From Amphiscolops sp. MND2022 (lineage: Eukaryota), in assembly GCA_964187785.1 (NCBI GenBank), contig OZ076409.1, positions 7,132,001-7,196,000 of the forward strand: a stretch of DNA of 64,000 nucleotides, read 5' to 3'. Position 1 is the stretch's first letter, and each line of letters begins with the position of its first letter. The translations under genes and the position numbers were made by a program. The notes below the pieces were generated by a model. It searched no databases and was not told the DNA's origin. It was given only the letters and a program-made list of their open reading frames with translations. Positions 60,115 to 64,000 of the stretch are shown piece after piece.

Positions 60115-61320
60115 TCCTCCCCGGGCCGTAGTTTGTCGTCCTCGGCAAACGAGAGAGAATGATACATACCCAGCGGGTCTTTTAGCAACATTATTTCATT
60201 TTTTTTACTGCTCCAAATTTCTGCATCATTTTTACAGCACTTTTTTTTGACATTAGCACTTTTTCATCTTTTGAATTTAGCACTTTTTCAACATTCTAGA
60301 GGATGAAAAACATTTTCTCTAAAAGAAAACTCTTTCCACTCGTTTCAATCTAGTTAAAACTTCTTTGAAGGGTGGTAATGTACGCGGCATTCCAAGAATT
60401 GCAAGAAAGCATAGTTGCAGGAATTTCAATTGCAAATTTTTTGTTTTTGGGCAGGGAGGCACCAAGTTGGGACCCACCTACCAGATTGGGTATTACAGAA
60501 TGCACAAGAGCACTTGAATTGGGTGCGATGCCTCATGAATAGCTCCAATATAGAGATACAACATGTAACACGTCAAAGAAAATCACCAGGTGAGAGTCCA
60601 TTCAGTCCATTGTGTTCTCATGTTTGTTTGGGATCCGTTTCAAGCACTGTGCTCACTTCTCAAAGTTCACTCATCGTCCATTCAAGTGTATAAAAGTCTG
60701 GCAGAACAAGCATTTCTGAAGCCAACAACCATGTGGCTGGAACGTAGAACACTTATTCAGACGACAAATGCGTGATTGTATCTGGAACCGGTTCCGTATG
60801 GGGTGCTTCGCACAAATCACAGGCTGAGTCAAACGTTTGGAGACTAGTGGTTCGAACACCACTAAATTTGACTTGATATTCGTCTCCTGTCATGCACGGC
60901 TTCACCATTCCATAGTTGATAACAGCAGTTGGTCGACGGTGATCTAAGGACTACTATATCAGTTTCTTGTCGTTGTCAGTTGGATCCACATTGCTCGGAA
61001 TGCTGCATGGTGGCTCTCTCAACCAAGTGAAAGATTAATGCACTGTGTACAAACAAGAAACAATAGGATACTGCGTTAGCATGTAGCACCTGGGGTACAA
61101 CCTGAGGATGTTGCGAGGATGTGACTGGGATGATGATCTGATACCACGCCAATACAGCGAAATAGGACACAACTGAAAGACAGGCAGCAGTTGTAGATTA
61201 AAACAATTTTTTTATGAGTGCAGACGAAACACAATAAGACGATAAGGAGATGACTAATCAAACAACTTTGACCACCCGCATTAAGAGACATCCATCAATT
61301 GGTTAAAACGACACATAGGC

Positions 61321-63999
61321 TTAAAAAGAAGGCAAGTGGCCTTTCGAGTGGCTATTCCATAGTGCCACAGGGACTCGGTCAAGCTTGGGCTTCACATGAT
61401 TGAGGTGTGTTCTGACCAGTGCTATCGACACATACACCCGATCATGTAGAACTATGTCGACGCTGGAATCAATTAAATGATCTCTCAACATTGAATACCA
61501 AGCTGGTAGCATGTTGATAGACCTTTCGGGGTCATAAATAGGCAGATGTATTCGGGTGATTTGTGCTCGCTCGAGCTTCTGCACCAGGTCTGTCAGGCAC
61601 AGATGTAGCACATCATGTAAAATAGGGTGTTTACTAGAGGCTCTGGTGACTAACAAAAACATCTCGTTGTTCCACGGCGCTGATGGTGATCTGGTGAGAT
61701 GTACGGCCTTTCCCACGGCTGGACGTAGCCGGAAGATCTCTTCCTGGCCGTATTCTCGAATAACGTAACGCGCCATTGCTGAGTTCGACAACAAGTCTAC
61801 CGGACAACATATTGCCACGGTACCTCGGGCTTGCAAAATGTCTGTTTCCTCGTAGGAGATCCATGACAGGTAATTCGGTTTGACCTTTGGGTGTGTCGTC
61901 AACAACTTACCCGTGACGGTGCTTTGATCGTCTAGACTTGGTGTGAGATGATCTAGAATGGCTTTACGATCTTGCCACACTGTTCTGCGCAAAGGCCTGT
62001 CTCCCAAGTTCGTGCAAGACCAATCATGAACTACAGAGAGTGCTTCCAGCACAGTCACCGGGTTCTCGAACGTATATGTGTATCTGTCCAGCAGGCGTAT
62101 TTTGGCTTGGCGACAGAAAGTAATAGCTAGTAGCTGTAACCAATGTTGACTAAGGAATTTCCCGCGATAGATATCTGCTAGATGGAAACACAGCGTGTCC
62201 TCGAACTCTACAAGTGTACGCAAGTTCTCTAAACAAATCAATAGAGTTCCTGGATTCACTGGTGATGTTTCGTCCAAGGAGGTGACCAATAGCCACCACC
62301 CAGCCGTTGGATGATACACATCTCCAGGAGGGGAGGTCACACCATATTGTTGCCACAGCTTCTGCGCGGGGATACAGCGTACCATTGCTACTTTCGTGTC
62401 TTCTGGCTCTATTTTTCCAAACACCATCGATGGTGGGAGTGGGGGAATGATAGCAGCTAACGTAAATTCCAATCCACTCTTGTCGTGGCACGACCACTCC
62501 TTGAACCGATAGGTGGGACAGTCTGAGGGTGATGTTCCTTGCATGGCTCTTAGTGTGGTTTCCAGGGGTGGAACCACACCTGGTCCAATGCTCGAGTACG
62601 TCTTTTCTATTGAAATTACAACATGATGTACTTGTGGAACATCCTGGTCCTTTGCGTGTATGGACCTGATTGTATGTTGTATATGGTCTTCGAATATTTC
62701 GGTGTCGGCTAAGTCAAGAGCAGGAGCGTCCACTCCCCGGGCCAATCGCTTGTCCGGTGTTTTCATTTCAACTAGGTTGACGCAACTACAGTTGCGGGAA
62801 CCACAGGTTCCACACCTGTATCGTGGTGCTCTGTTACGTCGTAGCTGATAAGGTGGGGCTTGTGAAGGGGTTGGTTGCTCCGCTTCTCGTTGCTCTGGCG
62901 ATATGCTTTCCGCTATGTTGGGTAATGTCATTGCACGTTCCAAAGTTTGAGACTGAGCTCTGGCTCTTACTCGGCCTCTCGCTCGCGTGTAAGGTCTGTG
63001 CGCTCTTGTAAGTGTTCTGCTTGATGAAGTGGTACTTCCTCTTCTACGACCTGGAGGTCTGCCTCTTGGTCTGCCTCTTCTAGTTGCAGTTCTCCCTGAT
63101 GAGGGTAACGTTTCCATGCTTTGACCGGGTTCTTGAATTTCTCTGTCAGTTCCTTCTTGGGGTTCGGCTTCCTCGGCAAGTTCTAGTCCTACCGAGCTAC
63201 CAGCTCGAGAACTGAACAGTGGGAAATTATTCAATGTATCGGTTAAAGCCGGGTTCGAAAGCAATGGTGCGGACGTTCCTGACGGTGAAGGTACCAAGCT
63301 TGGTGCTGGTTCAGGTAAGACTTCCTCTTGATCGGAATACAGCGGTTCTAGGTCATCAATATCAGGATGAACCATTGGTTGCTGTGGTTCTTCAATGGGT
63401 TGATCCATTGGTTCTCTGTCAGATTCCGACTCAGACGGATATCCAAAGTGACTGAATCGTCTACGTGGGATTCCTCGTTCCAGAGCGGACTGAGTACGTG
63501 TCTGAATCGTGCGCGGTGGGACAGGCGCGGTTGGTTCCATTTCGAACGATGCCTCCGGCAGTTGTTCTGGAAGAAATGAGTCTCGTGATATATCTGACGT
63601 TATCTCCTCATTGCTTTCTTCCACGTATGGATCTGCGACGATGGCTACATTCTGGTCTAACCCGAAGGGTTGATGTGCTGCCCAATCCCATGGCGCTGGC
63701 ACATGCTTCTTCAGACGCTCAAAATGAACCTTTTGACCTGTATCCAAAACGTACAATCTTCCATCTTGTAACACATCCGTGACCTTGTGAGGTCCACGCC
63801 AGGCACGAAGAAGTTTGCGGGTACCGCCCTTGGGGATTATGTGGCAAAAAACCCAAACGGCATCACCCACGGCGTGAGCTTTTGCCTTCAAATGCCTGTC
63901 AAACTTCTGTTTTTGTCGTATTTGCGCCTGATGAATGTTTCGGCGAACAAGCTCGTGGATTTCTTGTTGTCTGGCAAGTAGGTGCTCTACAATTTCTTC
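61321..63999 (-). CDS. pol C-terminus: integrase GPY/F region, acidic/Pro-rich linker, AT-hook, Cys cluster and two macrodomain-like repeats
   Basis: Frame is open to the window edge (EEIVEHLLARQQEIHELVRRNIHQAQIRQKQKFD...VGDAVWV...KLLRAWRGPHKV), with more than 890 codons without a stop. Confidence 0.85.
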   Translation of the reverse strand, partial: EEIVEHLLARQQEIHELVRRNIHQAQIRQKQKFDRHLKAKAHAVGDAVWVFCHIIPKGGTRKLLRAWRGPHKVTDVLQDGRLYVLDTGQKVHFERLKKHVPAPWDWAAHQPFGLDQNVAIVADPYVEESNEEITSDISRDSFLPEQLPEASFEMEPTAPVPPRTIQTRTQSALERGIPRRRFSHFGYPSESESDREPMDQPIEEPQQPMVHPDIDDLEPLYSDQEEVLPEPAPSLVPSPSGTSAPLLSNPALTDTLNNFPLFSSRAGSSVGLELAEEAEPQEGTDREIQEPGQSMETLPSSGRTATRRGRPRGRPPGRRRGSTTSSSRTLTRAHRPYTRARGRVRARAQSQTLERAMTLPNIAESISPEQREAEQPTPSQAPPYQLRRNRAPRYRCGTCGSRNCSCVNLVEMKTPDKRLARGVDAPALDLADTEIFEDHIQHTIRSIHAKDQDVPQVHHVVISIEKTYSSIGPGVVPPLETTLRAMQGTSPSDCPTYRFKEWSCHDKSGLEFTLAAIIPPLPPSMVFGKIEPEDTKVAMVRCIPAQKLWQQYGVTSPPGDVYHPTAGWWLLVTSLDETSPVNPGTLLICLENLRTLVEFEDTLCFHLADIYRGKFLSQHWLQLLAITFCRQAKIRLLDRYTYTFENPVTVLEALSVVHDWSCTNLGDRPLRRTVWQDRKAILDHLTPSLDDQSTVTGKLLTTHPKVKPNYLSWISYEETDILQARGTVAICCPVDLLSNSAMARYVIREYGQEEIFRLRPAVGKAVHLTRSPSAPWNNEMFLLVTRASSKHPILHDVLHLCLTDLVQKLERAQITRIHLPIYDPERSINMLPAWYSMLRDHLIDSSVDIVLHDRVYVSIALVRTHLNHVKPKLDRVPVALWNSHSKGHLPSF

Positions 64000-64000
64000 T

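Larger units (their letters stand above)
59466..64000 (-). mobile_element. Ty3/Gypsy LTR retrotransposon, 3' part (continues beyond the window)
   Basis: Integrase C-terminal GPY/F-type region, PPT and 3' LTR in the correct order and orientation. Confidence 0.85.

Noticed and set aside
60123..61320. env-like ORF between pol and the 3' LTR
   Set aside because: Only short ORFs under 95 aa, with no env-length frame on either strand.

Overview
Repeat-rich, AT-rich eukaryotic genomic DNA, most likely from an invertebrate animal (inferred from GT-AG spliced exons and from Gypsy, LINE and DNA-transposon relics; host not identifiable with certainty). A spliced + strand gene of about 18 exons runs from 10.7 to 51.8 kb. 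Its 5' end was not found. It encodes two fibronectin type III-like segments and a K/S/E-rich tail, and the ORF track mostly misses it. Introns and flanks hold a ~2.98 kb tandem triplication (1-7576), at least three families of Helentron-associated (HINE/DINE-1-like) non-autonomous elements (some carrying tRNA-like Pol III cassettes, one inserted inside an exon), TIR MITEs, foldback-like elements, a decayed Gypsy element, a 5'-truncated LINE and satellites. The best candidate for an undescribed system is the Gypsy-type LTR retrotransposon at the right end (59466 to beyond 64000, - strand). Its integrase C-terminus continues in frame for roughly 790 aa into an AT-hook, a small Cys cluster and two tandem degenerate TARG1/OARD1-like macrodomains. 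All calls come from manual reading; no database searches were run.
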